A stretch of 64,000 bases of DNA from Vicugna vicugna (lineage: Eukaryota), in assembly GCA_013265495.1 (NCBI GenBank), contig MU057930.1, positions 443,599 to 507,598 on the forward strand, read 5' to 3'. The translations under genes and the position numbers were made by a program. The stretch's first letter is position 1. Every line of letters starts with the position of its first letter. The notes beneath the pieces were generated by a model. It was given only the letters and a program-made list of their open reading frames with translations, did not search any database and had not been told where the DNA came from. Shown here piece after piece: positions 52,250-64,000 of the stretch.

Positions 52250-53080
52250 CGTGAATTCTCTCCTTGGCTCTCCCGATGGTTTCCGGGGGCAGTGAACGAG
52301 CCACGCCTCCAGACTGGACAAGGGGCAGGAGCGGGAAGGCGGGGGTCAGGTGCAGGGTGCTCAGGGCGAGCTGCAGAGGGGAGGAGCCCCCCCCCACAAC
52401 GCTACAGCTTTGCATTGACCGGAATCCCAAGGAAGACGTCTTCTCTCCATCCATCTCGGAACGGGGCATGGAGTGGGGGCGTCCCTGGCGCTGGAAGACG
52501 AGCTGGGCCACAACGGGGGCGCCCCTGAGAAGGCCTCCCCTCCGGTCATGGCGTCCTGAGGGCCAACGTGAGAGGCGACGGCCCGGACGGCCCGGCGGGC
52601 GTGTCCGCCTTCTTCACACCTGCGGCAGCCCTCAGCCCAGCTCCACGGGGACGCCTCGCGGGGACATCTCTTTGGCTAGGGGTGGCGGGCTCGCCTTCCG
52701 GCCGAAAGCACCTTATAAGAGACCATCCTGGCGTCTCAATCAAGCGAACCCTCTCGAATCAGAGCCAATTAAAAAATACCCCTCGTGCTCAATCCTGCTC
52801 CGCGAGGGTAAGGTGCCCACAGAGGTCGCGTCCCCACGCCCAGACGCTGGCAAAGGAAAAGCCCTGTGACCACACAGCGGAACCCGTGTGCCTCGCCCGT
52901 GTCCCCAGCGAGAGGCTGGCCGTCTCGCTTCCAGATCAAGGCTGGTCTCCAAGTCCAGGCCACATTTTTCTTGACGCCCACGGCTGCTGGAAAGGACATC
53001 CGGCTGGTGCAGAATAAGACTCGTTTCAGACATAACCGGGGGAACGTCCGCCAACCGTGAGGAATTGAGACGCAATTATG
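52250..53080. promoter_or_regulatory. CpG island-like segment, candidate promoter/first exon
   Basis: Highest GC/CpG density in the window. GC boxes (ggcggg), ttccgg, ccttataaga (52711-52720), CCAAT (52765), and a donor-like AGG|GTAAGG at 52807/52808. Confidence 0.55.
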
Positions 53081-53319
53081 TGTTACGACACTGTGTCAAC
53101 CTTCATTTCGGAAGAGTAGCTTTTACAGATACAGTATTCCGTTCCACTACGAACTGTGGGTGCCATGACTGCATCCCCCGCAGTCTGTAACCTAATTTGA
53201 CCCCGTTGCCTGTCATTTGCAGCCACAGATCTTTCCTGAGCAGAATTCCAAGAGTTTTTGTTGGAAAGACAAGTCCCTGTGTACATCGGAATCAATAGAA
53301 ATGGTAACACATTCATACG

Positions 53320-53590
53320 TAGATACACACACACACACACACATATATATATACACAAATTTATATTGCATATGTGTAAATATATAAATACTGTAAAAAC
53401 ATATGTATATTACATGTGCATATTTAAATAATATACACATATTAAATGTATTTATATAATGTACATATATAAATAGCATGCATATTAAATATATTATTAT
53501 GCATAGATGTAAATATAAGTATATAAACAATACATATGTATAAATATGTCTACTAAAATTTATATATGCTAACACGTCATACACACACAA
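53320..53590. repeat. (CA)n plus AT-rich low-complexity block
   Basis: Direct reading of the sequence. Confidence 0.9.
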
Positions 53591-55849
53591 AATACCATGG
53601 GTGAGTTTCCAGGTGGTACCACAGTAGACTCTAGTTTGTCTTTGGTTTGGAGGGCCATTTTGTGATATATTTGTAAATCATTTACAGGTTCTTCGTCCAG
53701 GAAATTAAAGTGTGGGATGCAACCCCATTCCCTGCCTGCATTTCACTGTCTAGCCCTCGGCGGATAATAAAATATGCGTGGCGTGGCATAGCTGTTTTAA
53801 TCCAGGGAGTGACCTGGTATTTAGCTCATCATGAACCCACCCGTTTTCATGGGTTAGGTCTTGCCAGAGGCTGATGTGGATCCGCTGGCTGGTGTTAAAG
53901 CCGCCTTTATGATACGCATTATGACCCTCATGTGTTTTCAATGATAGAATGACAGTTCCAGGCAAAGATGGTGAGCGTCTGATCCAACAGGAGTGACTGC
54001 ATTTTTTCCTCTCCGCTTTGCACTAAATTTAGCTGTCGTGTGGCTTCACGTTGCTGCCGGTGGAAGTGAAGTCATGCTTCTTCTGGATTAACACCTCGGG
54101 GGAATGACCTATCCAATCGGGTCGCTAATGTTTCTGATTGAATCTCATTGTCCTCCCTCCAAGGATAAGCCTGTGCTTGCCAGAATATGTGTGTAGAAAA
54201 AAAAATGCACAGATTGAAACCAAAAATACGATGGTGACAGCGGAGGCCGAAAGAGAAGAAAAGACCTTGACTCTCTCAGTGTCTTGGAATCCAGTTGGAA
54301 AAAAGAGGCATTTCTGCAACTGACGGGGAATCAAAGAATACAAGTGTGGTCAGGGAGGTCATGGATATTTGCTGTCAAAGAAGAGAGGATGTGGAGGTTA
54401 ATTCTGATTTGGGGAGATTAGGCGCATATGAAAGAGGGAGTTTGCACTCACGAAGGTTCCAAGGTTGGATTTTAAAGTTCAAATAATGTGAGGAGACCAG
54501 AGATTCTTCAAACTGGGGATGGAGAAGGGAGATGCAGAGTCAGGCGGGATGGCCGGTGTGGTGAAGCCAAAGGCAGAACAATGCGTGGTACACACACAAA
54601 AATATCAAGGGTGAGTTCCGGGGAAACACAGACTATGAAATGGACATAAGGAGCCAGGGCTGGCTGGTTGGCAGGGCATAGAAGGTGTGCCTGGAGCGGG
54701 GATGTCTTTCTGTAAAGGCAACGGGTGACTGAGTGAGACTGGGGGCTTTCGGTCGTTGGTGTGGAGGGTGCAGCTGATGTCAAGAAGACACAGGGTAGGG
54801 TGAGAATGTGGTCCTCTTCCATGTTTGGCCTGTGGGTCCAGGTTGAAAACTGCACATGAGCTACCTGAAAACATTGCCTTTGAGAGCCATGAACCTTGCA
54901 GTTAGGTGAGGCTGGGCTGGTTTCTCTGCGGGTTCTTCCCAGAGACGGCGGGTAATGCACGTGTAGGTTTTGTCTGCACCTACATCCCGAAGGCTGTGTG
55001 CAGTGAGACTCCTGCATATGGGTCGAAAGAATAAAAGATGATTCAAACTGGACAACGGAATCCGTTCACCTCTTCCCCACTGAGTGTTGGAATCCATATT
55101 TAAAAAAACTCAAGTTGTTTGATTTGACGTACTTTGCTCAACGACCCATAGCTGATGGTGGAAAGAATTCTGGTACCAAAAGCACTAGAATCTGGGTCTT
55201 TTATGCTATGGGCTGCCTTTTGGAAACATCCTCGTCTTTAAACATTCTTCCTGTCTGTGGCATTCTGCCAGTGCTCTGAAACTCTGGGCTGTGGGTTTTT
55301 CGGTTTTTGTTTTTGTTTTTTTTATCGTTTTGCCCAAGCCAACTGAGAGAGTTCGGCATGACCCGAGATTTCTCCCTCCTCCAGCATCTGGGGGAAAAGC
55401 AGATTGCGACTGCTCCAGAAGGAAGGAGCAAGTTATTGGGACACAGCATAAAAATCTGGTTCCAAAGACAAACCCATATTAACAGTCCTCGCCAGTGAGA
55501 TTAGCCTTCCATCCTGTGTCCCAGATAAAAATCAGCGAAACCTGACAACAATCTTTATTGTTCCTTTTCCTTCTTTTCCTGTGAAAAGTAGGGGAGCCAA
55601 AAGCTTCTTAAATTAGCACAATATGCCTTACTGTCTCCCGCTCCCATGGCCTCCATCCGCCTGCCTCCCGACTGAGCCAGTGATAAGGAATTCCGCTTCC
55701 AGGATAAGAGCAACCGGCATGTTTGATGAGGTCCCATGAATGAGGCCACCACAAGCATGCTTGCAAAGCTGGAAAAAAAAATGCCTCTAGACATATGATT
55801 GTATTTATATATTTTAATATATTTAGGCTTTGAGGTTTTTTTTTTTTCC

Positions 55850-56126
55850 TGGACTCCGGGCGTCCCTGGGCTGGTGGCCGCCTCCCTCCTATCTCTGCCT
55901 CCGTCTCCACGTGGCTTCTCCTCCGTGTCTGTGTCTCTCCTCTTCTGTCTCCTATAAGGACGCTGTCACTGGATGTAGGGCCCCCCCTGAAACAAGGTGA
56001 TTTCATCTTGACTCTTAGATCTAATTACCTCTGCAAAAGCCCTATTTCCAAATAAGTTCCCGTGCACAGGTCTCCGGTATCAGGGTGTCGATACATCTCT
56101 CTGGGGCCACCATTCAACCCACTGTA
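55850..56126 (-). mobile_element. MLT1C-like (STIR-type) MaLR LTR, partial
   Basis: cgtccctgggctggtggccg...ccctatttccaaataag...cattcaacccactgta; closely similar to 36700-36821. Confidence 0.85.
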
Positions 56127-56427
56127 CTATGGGCAGGATTAGTGTGCACTGGCTGCTTGGTGCTTTGATGGTTTGTGGACTACTTTTGGGGTGGGAGGGC
56201 ACCTTCCCATTTAAAGCCCCATCCTACAGAACGTAGCCCTTGCTGAACCCTCTCCTATGATGATCTCCCATGTGTGGACTCTTTATTATTGATGCCTTCT
56301 CCTCGCTCTGGGAAGTCTACATGACTGCTCACTCACCAAGGAGTATTTCAGACGTCACCAGAGTTAATTATATCAACACTAGCGCTGGTTTTCTTCATCA
56401 ATGCCCTTGTACTGAAACCAAACAGAA

Positions 56428-56560
56428 GGGAGGGCAGAGCTCAGTGGTAGAGTGTGTGCTTCACAGGCACGAGGTTCTGGGTTCAATCCCCAGTTCCTCC
56501 ATTAAAACAAACAAATAAATAAGCCCAGTGCCCTCCCCCCAAAACAAAACCAAAACAAAA
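56428..56560 (+). mobile_element. tRNA-derived SINE (camelid vic-1-like)
   Basis: A-box-like gagctcagtgg (56437-56447), B-box gttcaatcc (56481-56489), followed by an A-rich/C-rich tail. Confidence 0.85.
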
Positions 56561-57704
56561 TGTGTGTGAAACCAGAGCAACAGCACAATGAGCGATGGAG
56601 CAGCAGATTGTAAAAATCTAGGTGACATTCCCCGCTTGGCAACATCTTGTACTAATGGTCACTGAAAGGTTCGAGTAGCCAATGGGTGACTAGGAGTTTC
56701 TGCGGAGGATTTGCTCACTAATGTCACTAGATATTTGCCCAGAGTCTCTCTTCGTTCAGCTTAATGACCGTGAGTCTACTCAGAGCCGTGAAGACGCAAA
56801 CAATTGCCAAGCTCCTGTAAGGAGTCTTAACTGTCCCCAAGGTGGGGAAGAGGGAGACCTTCTGGGCAATTGGGGTGCTTTTCAGGAGAAGACTCCTCCC
56901 CCTCCCCCCCAAAAAACACAGACGTGCTACCACGTGCTTCCCCAGCGATGCGGCTGTGTGGGTCTGCGCCACATTCCGCGAGCAGGTGTCTTTCTGAGTG
57001 CATGGTCTCCGTAAGGTTGTCCATGCTCTGTTCCTTAGAAATGCTTCTACCCTCATCCACTTCCTGGAGGACAGAAGGTAAATGAGCCCGTGGACCTTGG
57101 AGGAAGCACAGCGTCGAGACTCGGTTGATCCGGACTCGTTCATCTTATTTATCCACACCACGCTCTGCGTCACCCACCATGGCGCGGCCATGTCCCAGGA
57201 GATCCACGCGCGCCCATTAAATGAATGACTCCACCAACAAATGAATGCATTTGGCGTCACCTCCACCGAACTCTTCCAGGCGTCGCAGACCGCTACCCAT
57301 AGAGTTCCAAACATGGCGTTCACTCTTCCTTCACGTCCACCCAACATGGCAGTGTGTTCCTTGCCAGAAACAGAAGATGTGAAACCATTTGCCGGGCATG
57401 TTTCTGGAGGTACTTCCCACCACGGAGGACAAGTCCAGATCGTACGTTTCTTCTTTCCAGGGTCTTCTGGCTTGTCTTCACTTTGTGTTAGCTGAGTCTG
57501 TCCGTTGATTGTCCTTGAAAAAAAGGATATGTTTTATGTGCCCTGTCTGTCAGCCACAATTCTGAAGCCCGGATAAGAACAGGTCCACATGTGTTTCTCG
57601 TAGAGTTTCAACTGAATGCAAATTTTTACGTTCCCCCGACTCCTTTTCGCTCAAACGCAAGGTCGTTGAATGAGTTTTTGTGGAATGAATGCTACTTGAT
57701 ATGC

Positions 57705-57965
57705 CCAGAGGACAAGACAGACAGAAGGCGAGGATGCCACGTGGCCATGAAGGCAGATACTGAAGTGATGAAGCCACGCGTCAGGGAGCCACAGCCGGCA
57801 TCAGAAGCTTGAGGAGGCAAAGAACAGATTCTCCCTCTGAGTCTCCTACTGGCACCTTGATTTTCGACTTCTGGTCTCCAGAGCTGTGAGAGGATAAATT
57901 CCTGCTGTCTGAAGCCAGCCACTTTTTGTGGTCATTTGTTACAACAGCCACCGGCAACTAACACA
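57705..57965 (+). mobile_element. MLT1C/D-like LTR, 3' half
   Basis: aacagattctccctctgag...caccttgattttcgacttctgg...tttgtggtcatttgttacaacagcc...aactaacaca. Confidence 0.85.
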
Positions 57966-58400
57966 GGAGGTGATTACAGCCCTTTAGGGTGTACAGATGT
58001 GATGCACGCTTTTCTTTTTGAAACAGACATTTGGGGAAAGTCAGCGTGAATCACATGGCTGCTTGCCTCAAACAGCACGTGCCGTGATGTCAGGGTACAA
58101 TCTGACCATTCTTTTCCCACTGTGGCTACTTCACAGGATATTCCGCCACGATTTAGTACAGAAATTCCATGCATTTTATGTCTCTGTGTCCCACTTTCTC
58201 TTCGCTAGCAAATGTGATGCCTTTTGCACGATAGTAAGTGCTTTTTGTAGTACTGCATGCAGATCATGAATGTGATGAATTTGTGCAACGTTTGTCGAAC
58301 ATCTGCAGTGAGCTCAACTTGGGCACCAGAAATGCAAGAATGAGCAGACCCAACACATCGATGGAGGTCACCATTCTGAAAAAGAGGAAAATTGGGGTTT

Positions 58401-59053
58401 CTGCTAATTCTGTTCATGCAGAGCGACTAAGTCCTACAAAGCCACCACGAACAATGAGCTAGTGAATAATTAACATTGCCCCTAAGGGATACACAAGAGC
58501 AGGTCCTTACAGCCTCTGGGCACAACATTTTCGTAAACAATTAATATGTAACCTTGTTTCAGGTGTGTTTCTATCTAAAGACAGCTTCTTCACTAGATTT
58601 TGCTGATTCATCCACATTAATCTCACAGCCGACAGCACGGTACTGCCATTCACGCCTCGACCAAGCTAAGTCAATGCTTCTGTTTCCTCCGTTGGGCACA
58701 AGGCAGCCTTTTTGTGCTTAGAAACACCAGACAGCTCTTGTGCACGGTGCTTGGGGACATCTCAAACAAAACTGTGAGCAAAACAGCACCGTGAGAAAAA
58801 TACGGCATCCAAGAGCCGGCGGAAAGGACACGTCGATCCTTGGAGAGCTGGAAACAAAGGAGGCAGAGCGTAACCCGCCTTAACTTCAGCTGTGGAGCGT
58901 GTCCGGAGACTCTCGTCTTTCTGCCGCTCTCTGCGGTCTGCCAGCGACAGCAAAAGCAGCAGTGGGGTTGATTCAGCGGTTGATTACAGATCACACGTTA
59001 GCACGTCAGCGGACCTGAGAATATGGGATCTGTGCACACAGAGGATGGACTGT
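58401..59053. mobile_element. MER82-like TcMar-Tigger fossil, near full length
   Basis: agcctctgggcacaacattttcgt...aaccttgttt...gcttagaaacaccagacagc...gagagctggaaac...aggcagagcg...gaggatggactg matches the recalled MER82 consensus over about 650 bp. Confidence 0.75.
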
Positions 59054-59319
59054 GTTTCAGGAAGCAACCACAGAAAATCCACAAAGCTCAGGTCTGCAGA
59101 CTTTTGTGAATACCCATCATTGACTCCATGGGTCACTAGTTTGTTCACAAAAGGACAAAAACTTGACTTCTTTATCCTACCAAGCCTATATGTGTTGTTT
59201 GATTTGTTATAAAGTTCTGCAGCATTCAGCTAGGTTTCAAACATTCTGTTAGCTGACTGTGTATGCTACACTCTTAGTTTCGTGATGATAAGTACCTTTA
59301 GTTATTTACTTTACTGACT

Positions 59320-59460
59320 GATTTTTTTTGGTTGATGTAGAGTCGATCCACAATGTTGTCTTAGTTTCTGGAGTACAGCATCGTGGTTCACTTATACATA
59401 TATATATATGTATATATATATGTGTGTGTGTGTATATATACATATATATTCTTTATCATT
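59320..59460 (-). mobile_element. Short L1 3' terminus with TA/TG microsatellite
   Basis: acaatgttgtcttagtttctggagtacagcatcgtggttca. Confidence 0.8.
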
Positions 59461-61039
59461 ATTTGCAGTACTTATATTTTATTTTTATTTTGAGTAAATT
59501 TCTTGTATTAATAATGCCAGCCTATCCCTTTAATGACAGCATTCCCGCCCATCATTTCGAACAAACACGTCCTTTATCCCGGGTTAAGTCTCTCCACACC
59601 GTTGCACGACTTTTATGTACGAGTTTCTGTCTCCCTGGTGTACGTGGCTTCCATTATGACATACAGTTTCCCTCACGTGGTAAAATGAGAAAATTATGAT
59701 GGAGGGTTTTCCAAAACGTATGGCGGTGCCTGTGGTTCAGCGCGACCCTTCCTTCTTGCTCCCATGGTTACAGCCACTGAAAAAATAAAATAAAAACCCA
59801 ACAGACTGCCAACCGCCTGTGAGCATCATTCACCCTGCTCCCTGCTCTGCCGGTGCATTTACTGCAGATCCGGCTTTAGCGTGACTCATTCTCTAGGCAT
59901 GTGGACCGAGCTTTCGTGAGCTCCTGGTTGAAAGGCAAGCCTCCCCTTGCGCCACCCTCAGCACAAGAGCCATTCACCAAGCCCGGACTGGCCCAGCCCG
60001 CTTTAGTTATTCTGGCAAGTCGGATGGCAACGGGTGGTTGTTTTGTTGGCAGGAACACCGGATGGAGATCGCGTCAGGCTTTAGAGAGAAGCTCGTGCGT
60101 GGCGCTGACCATCAAGCCTTTGCGATTCTTCAGACTGCACCCATTGGGTCTTCCCTCTCTTGCCCATGTCCCTCGTTTTGCAAAGGAAATGTGATTTTTT
60201 CCCCCTTCCCTGTATGTTTTCTCCTGCTGGCTTCTGTGGTTCCGAGCCGTGATGGTAGAGCCTGAATCATTGCCACGTGCTGAGAGGGAAACCGGGGTCC
60301 TTCTGCACCTCTGAGATTTTTCTTGCTGACACGCAGGCAGGGAAAGGCTCTGCGCCTGCGTGTCCTTGTAGAGAGCCACGACGCCCCCACAGCCTACTGG
60401 GCGGCCACCTCTGCAAGCAGTCGCCCTGGGTCCTCCAGCTCCAGGCGCGTTGCTTTGCAGGCCAGCTGGGAACGCTGCCTGTTAGTGGATTTTACTGGGC
60501 TCTGTTGCAATAGGCAGGTTTTCTGGGTTGGCTCTCAACTGCCTCCACTCGGGCCAAGTAACAAATGTTTTATAGGAGGTTAATAAAGCTTTCACCGATC
60601 TGCAAGCAGCACGGGCTTGGGGTTATGAGGATGCATGTTGAAATCAAACCCCAAATCTCCAGTTTACCTCCGTGCATGCTCTCCACAAGCTCACTGTGCC
60701 AGCTCTGGTTCGAGTTCTTTGCCCCAGGACCTCTACCGTCCCTCTTTTGGGATCTTCTGCTCGCAGCATGTCAGTAAGTAACTCATAGTCAAAAAGTTCA
60801 TCTTGAAAATAATGGCAAAAATAGTTTTTAAAATGTAATTACTTCTCGATCTGGTAATACCAAAGAGACATCTAGTCAATTTGTAATGATTTGCCTGATA
60901 GATTCAATTCAGCATCTAGGGGGGAAAATAAAAACAAAAACAGCTTCACCTTTCAACGCTCCCTTCTTGCTGAAGGAGATACTAAATTACTCTTAGTCAC
61001 TCAGATCTAACTATTTTTAGACATTCATATTTCCTGTCT

Positions 61040-61762
61040 GACATACAAACAGCCACCAAATCCTAGACAGTCTTCCTGTTGTGTTTCTCATCTGTCTTTT
61101 CTCCTACTTCTGCCCAGACCACCTTAATCGAAACCTTCATTAATCTTTGTCTAGATTACGAAAGTCATTACTGAACTAACTTTACCGGGAGCCCTGTGAA
61201 TGTTTCCCCATTAATGGAATTCAATCCAACTTGCCATGTCCACATTGATTTTCTTGAAATTCCTTAGTAGTCAAACAATCTGGGCTATAAAGCCGAAAGG
61301 TAACAGAAATCCCTACCAACCATTCCAAACGGACTGTCCGGTTCATCCCACCACAGGACATACATCACAACAAAGCACATGGCCACCTCCAGCTTTCTCT
61401 TCCACCCTACACCCTGCAAAACTCTGCTCTGAACTACACTGAGATCCACCCCCGTCTCCGCCACTGTTTCCCAAAGCACCAGAACATCACACCCCTGCGA
61501 CTTTCTCAAGAGGACTTTCTGCCAGGGATGTGCTCGAGCCAATGGTAACCCTCCCGGACTGACCCTTCGGGAACACATTTCTCATCACATTTTATTTTTT
61601 CTTTAAAACTCTCTCAAACTTAGCTCTGCTAATGAGCGTGTAGTTGGTGATCTATTCTGTCCCTGCGGTCACTGGAATATCTCCCTCGCTTTCTCTACTA
61701 AATTGTGGCTAGATTTCGACAGAACGTCTTCACCAAATATGAGAAGACGTGAGTGAGTGAAG
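61040..61762 (+). mobile_element. L2 LINE 3' fragment, highly decayed
   Basis: caccaaatcc...tctagattac... and a terminal aaatatg...gtgagtgagtgaa resembling the L2 tail. Confidence 0.5.
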
Positions 61763-63399
61763 CTGGGGGATATGTCATCACAATGTGCAGTTATCATCTC
61801 TCTCTGGGTTAAGAATGCCAGGCAAGGCTGGCTGTCCTTGGAACTCTGCAGCTAAGCATTCAGCTTGGGTCTCAAAAGGAAACTGAACGCATAAACACAT
61901 CAGCATGCTATTTCATCAGCTATTTTAGTAGCAAACACAGTAAAGACACCACTTCTGGGACACGAGGCTAATGCAGACAGTACTTGAAAAAGTAAAACCT
62001 ATTTCTAGCTTCTACTGCTTGCAAACCCAAGACACAGAGTCGGGGGGAGAAGGAAGAGGTTTCCAAGTTCCTAAACACACATGCACACATGCACGCATGC
62101 ACACACACACACACACACACGCGCAGAACTGGGGTGGGAAGCGAGAGAATATGAATTATTCCAAGTTCCCTTTTGTTGTCTTGTTCCTTTTCGAAACCAT
62201 GTGGAACTCATCAGGCTTCTTTTTCACGGAGCACGCTGCTACCCAGAGACAGTCACTTATCTAGAAACCGGAGGACCAGAACTGGTGGTAGGTTTGACGT
62301 GTGAGAAGAAACAACCTGAGAAGCTTCAACCAGGAGGAAGTTTCAGAAGCCGTGGTGGGTCCTGAGGGCCTCCTGCAGATTCCACTGTAAATGCTTGACC
62401 CCGTTCTTTGACCTCAGATCTCTCTCATATGAGTCAGTCTTTTTTGCTCCATTCCGACTCTTGGTTGCGCTTACTGAAGTGTGTTCTGCTTACCATGGCA
62501 AACAGGGCTTATTGTTTGTTTGGTTGGTTGGTTAAGTGGTTGTTTTCTAAGTGGTGTCTCTGTAGTTGATGTAGGGAATTCCAGTTACAAAACGATTGCT
62601 TATATATTTATGGGGTGGAGGCAGACAGTCCTAGCAGGTGGCAAGCGTAAAGGTGAGATATTGTTTCAGGGAAATCTTGGAAGTTCAGGCTTGGCTGGAT
62701 ACCTGCTATTCAAACTCGGATCATGTCTATTCTTCCTTGTAAGACTTAATCATGACTGCATTCCTCAGCTGGTTATTGTGTGGTTATTCATTTACTTTTT
62801 GCCTCCATTTGTGACATGTTTCAATTATTCCCTTTCCACGTGATTTGGCATACGGGCTGTGCTCAAAAATACGTATTGAATGACTGCACGAATGAGACAA
62901 TCTATAGAATACATGGTGTGTGAAGCGGACCGTCTTCCAAACACACACGGATTTGCGGTTTACAATTTCCATGGTGTAAATACTCAATCAGAGTTGATGT
63001 CAGACTATCTGTCGTTGACCAGATGGCTCGCAGAATTGCTGGAAATCATCCTAGAGCCAAGATGAGCCACTGCAGTACACGGCTCATCCACCGTGTGCGG
63101 GAAAGCTCTTGGATTCATGGGAACACCCCTTCTCAACAAAAGAACATGGTTAGTCATTTGGGGTCAGAAAGATTCTTCTTAAATAATTATTTGCTCTGTG
63201 TTGCCGGAAGCAGATTTTCTCGAGTGGAGAAGCCCTTGTTTGTTTTTGAGAGCATCTAGCAGAACCAGAACCAGACTTCTGAGCTTTACCTAGGAAATGC
63301 TGTTCCAGACATAGTTTCTTCCTGTAACAAGCAGAAATGTTGCCAAGCATGGCTTTGAGACATATAACCAGTAGAATAGAACAAGAAACACAAATAAGA

Positions 63400-64000
63400 G
63401 ATGGAACGGACAAAAGAATGAGCTATGATTTTTCACAGACGATGTCATCAATTAAGTAGCTCAGCCGAAAATGATGTATGTGAAAAAGACCTCCACGAAA
63501 AGACTCAGCAAAGGTTTTCAGGACAACTGTGAAGAAGAGATCAGAGAGTTTCTGAAATAAAAAGATGCTTGTAAACACAGAGGCACAAGTCACATCCTTG
63601 TGTCGGAAGACACAAGTTCATAAACTATAAATATTGGAAAACTGGTTCATACTGAAAAAAAACCTTCCCAGTGAAATCTTGACAACTTTTATTGGGAAAT
63701 CTTACTAAATGAGATTTATCTCAAGGCAAAATTGGGCAAGAATGCAGAGAGCAATATGGAAAATACTAAGAAGCATGAACCGACCTGTTAAAATAGGACA
63801 TTAAAAAAAAAAACCCTAAAATAAGGCTGAGAACAGAAACTCACAGGGGTACTTAGTGTAAGGCAACCTTCTGATCACCTGGGAAATAACTAATCAATCT
63901 GTGGTAGTAGAAAAACCAGTTTAATGTTCAAGTCAAGGAAGATTTGATTTCCACCTCCTACCATAGAGCAAGCGAGTTACAAATGTCTTGAGTTTTGATA
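63400..64000 (+). mobile_element. Ancient L1M ORF2 remnant
   Basis: A-rich strand bias and degenerate L1 motifs (ggaagacac..., cccagtgaaatc, aaggaagatttgatttccacctc). Confidence 0.5.

Noticed and set aside
52264..53075. Several long overlapping ORFs in the CpG island
   Set aside because: High GC depletes stop codons in all frames; the peptides are Arg/Pro/Gly-rich with no recognisable family.
56428..56500. tRNA gene
   Set aside because: Degenerate stems, an A-rich tail and a second diverged copy at 38864-39024 indicate a SINE.
56727..57347. 206-aa minus-strand ORF
   Set aside because: No recognisable homology; the stronger signals here are plus-strand splice sites.
1..64000. Exons of known pseudoautosomal/Xp22 genes (CD99, XG, GYG2, arylsulfatases, STS, MXRA5, PRKX, DHRSX, ANOS1)
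   Set aside because: I compared the ORF track and candidate exons with these proteins from memory and found no match. Very short or diverged exons cannot be excluded without tblastn.

Overview
Mammalian non-coding genomic DNA. I recognise no protein-coding gene, rRNA, true tRNA gene, CRISPR array or prokaryotic system. The ORF track is explained by microsatellites, L1 ORF2 remnants and chance GC-rich frames. The window is a mosaic of several repeat types. It holds young 5'-truncated L1 3' ends, several with target-site duplications (TSDs), and two tRNA-derived SINEs; together these suggest a camelid (inference). It also holds older L1M/L2 fragments, MaLR (MLT1), ERV1 and ERVL solo LTRs, hAT/Tigger fossils, a 76-bp CA-rich minisatellite, four long TATC/TCCA arrays and two CpG-rich unique segments (about 37.3-38.4 kb and 52.25-53.1 kb) with promoter/enhancer-like motifs and candidate splice sites. 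STIR-like MLT1C copies, GC-shifted old repeats and the simple-repeat load suggest a high-recombination region such as the pseudoautosomal region or distal Xp (inference, not proven). The most interesting directly visible structures are a roughly 90-bp L1 insertion with a 5' inversion and TSD, a 3'-truncated L1 ending in a templated fold-back hairpin, a pair of unusually similar MLT1C copies 19 kb apart, and possible unannotated spliced transcripts from the CpG-rich segments. I found nothing I can support as a new biological system. Repeat family names come from my recollection of consensus sequences and need RepeatMasker/Dfam confirmation; boundaries of old elements are approximate.
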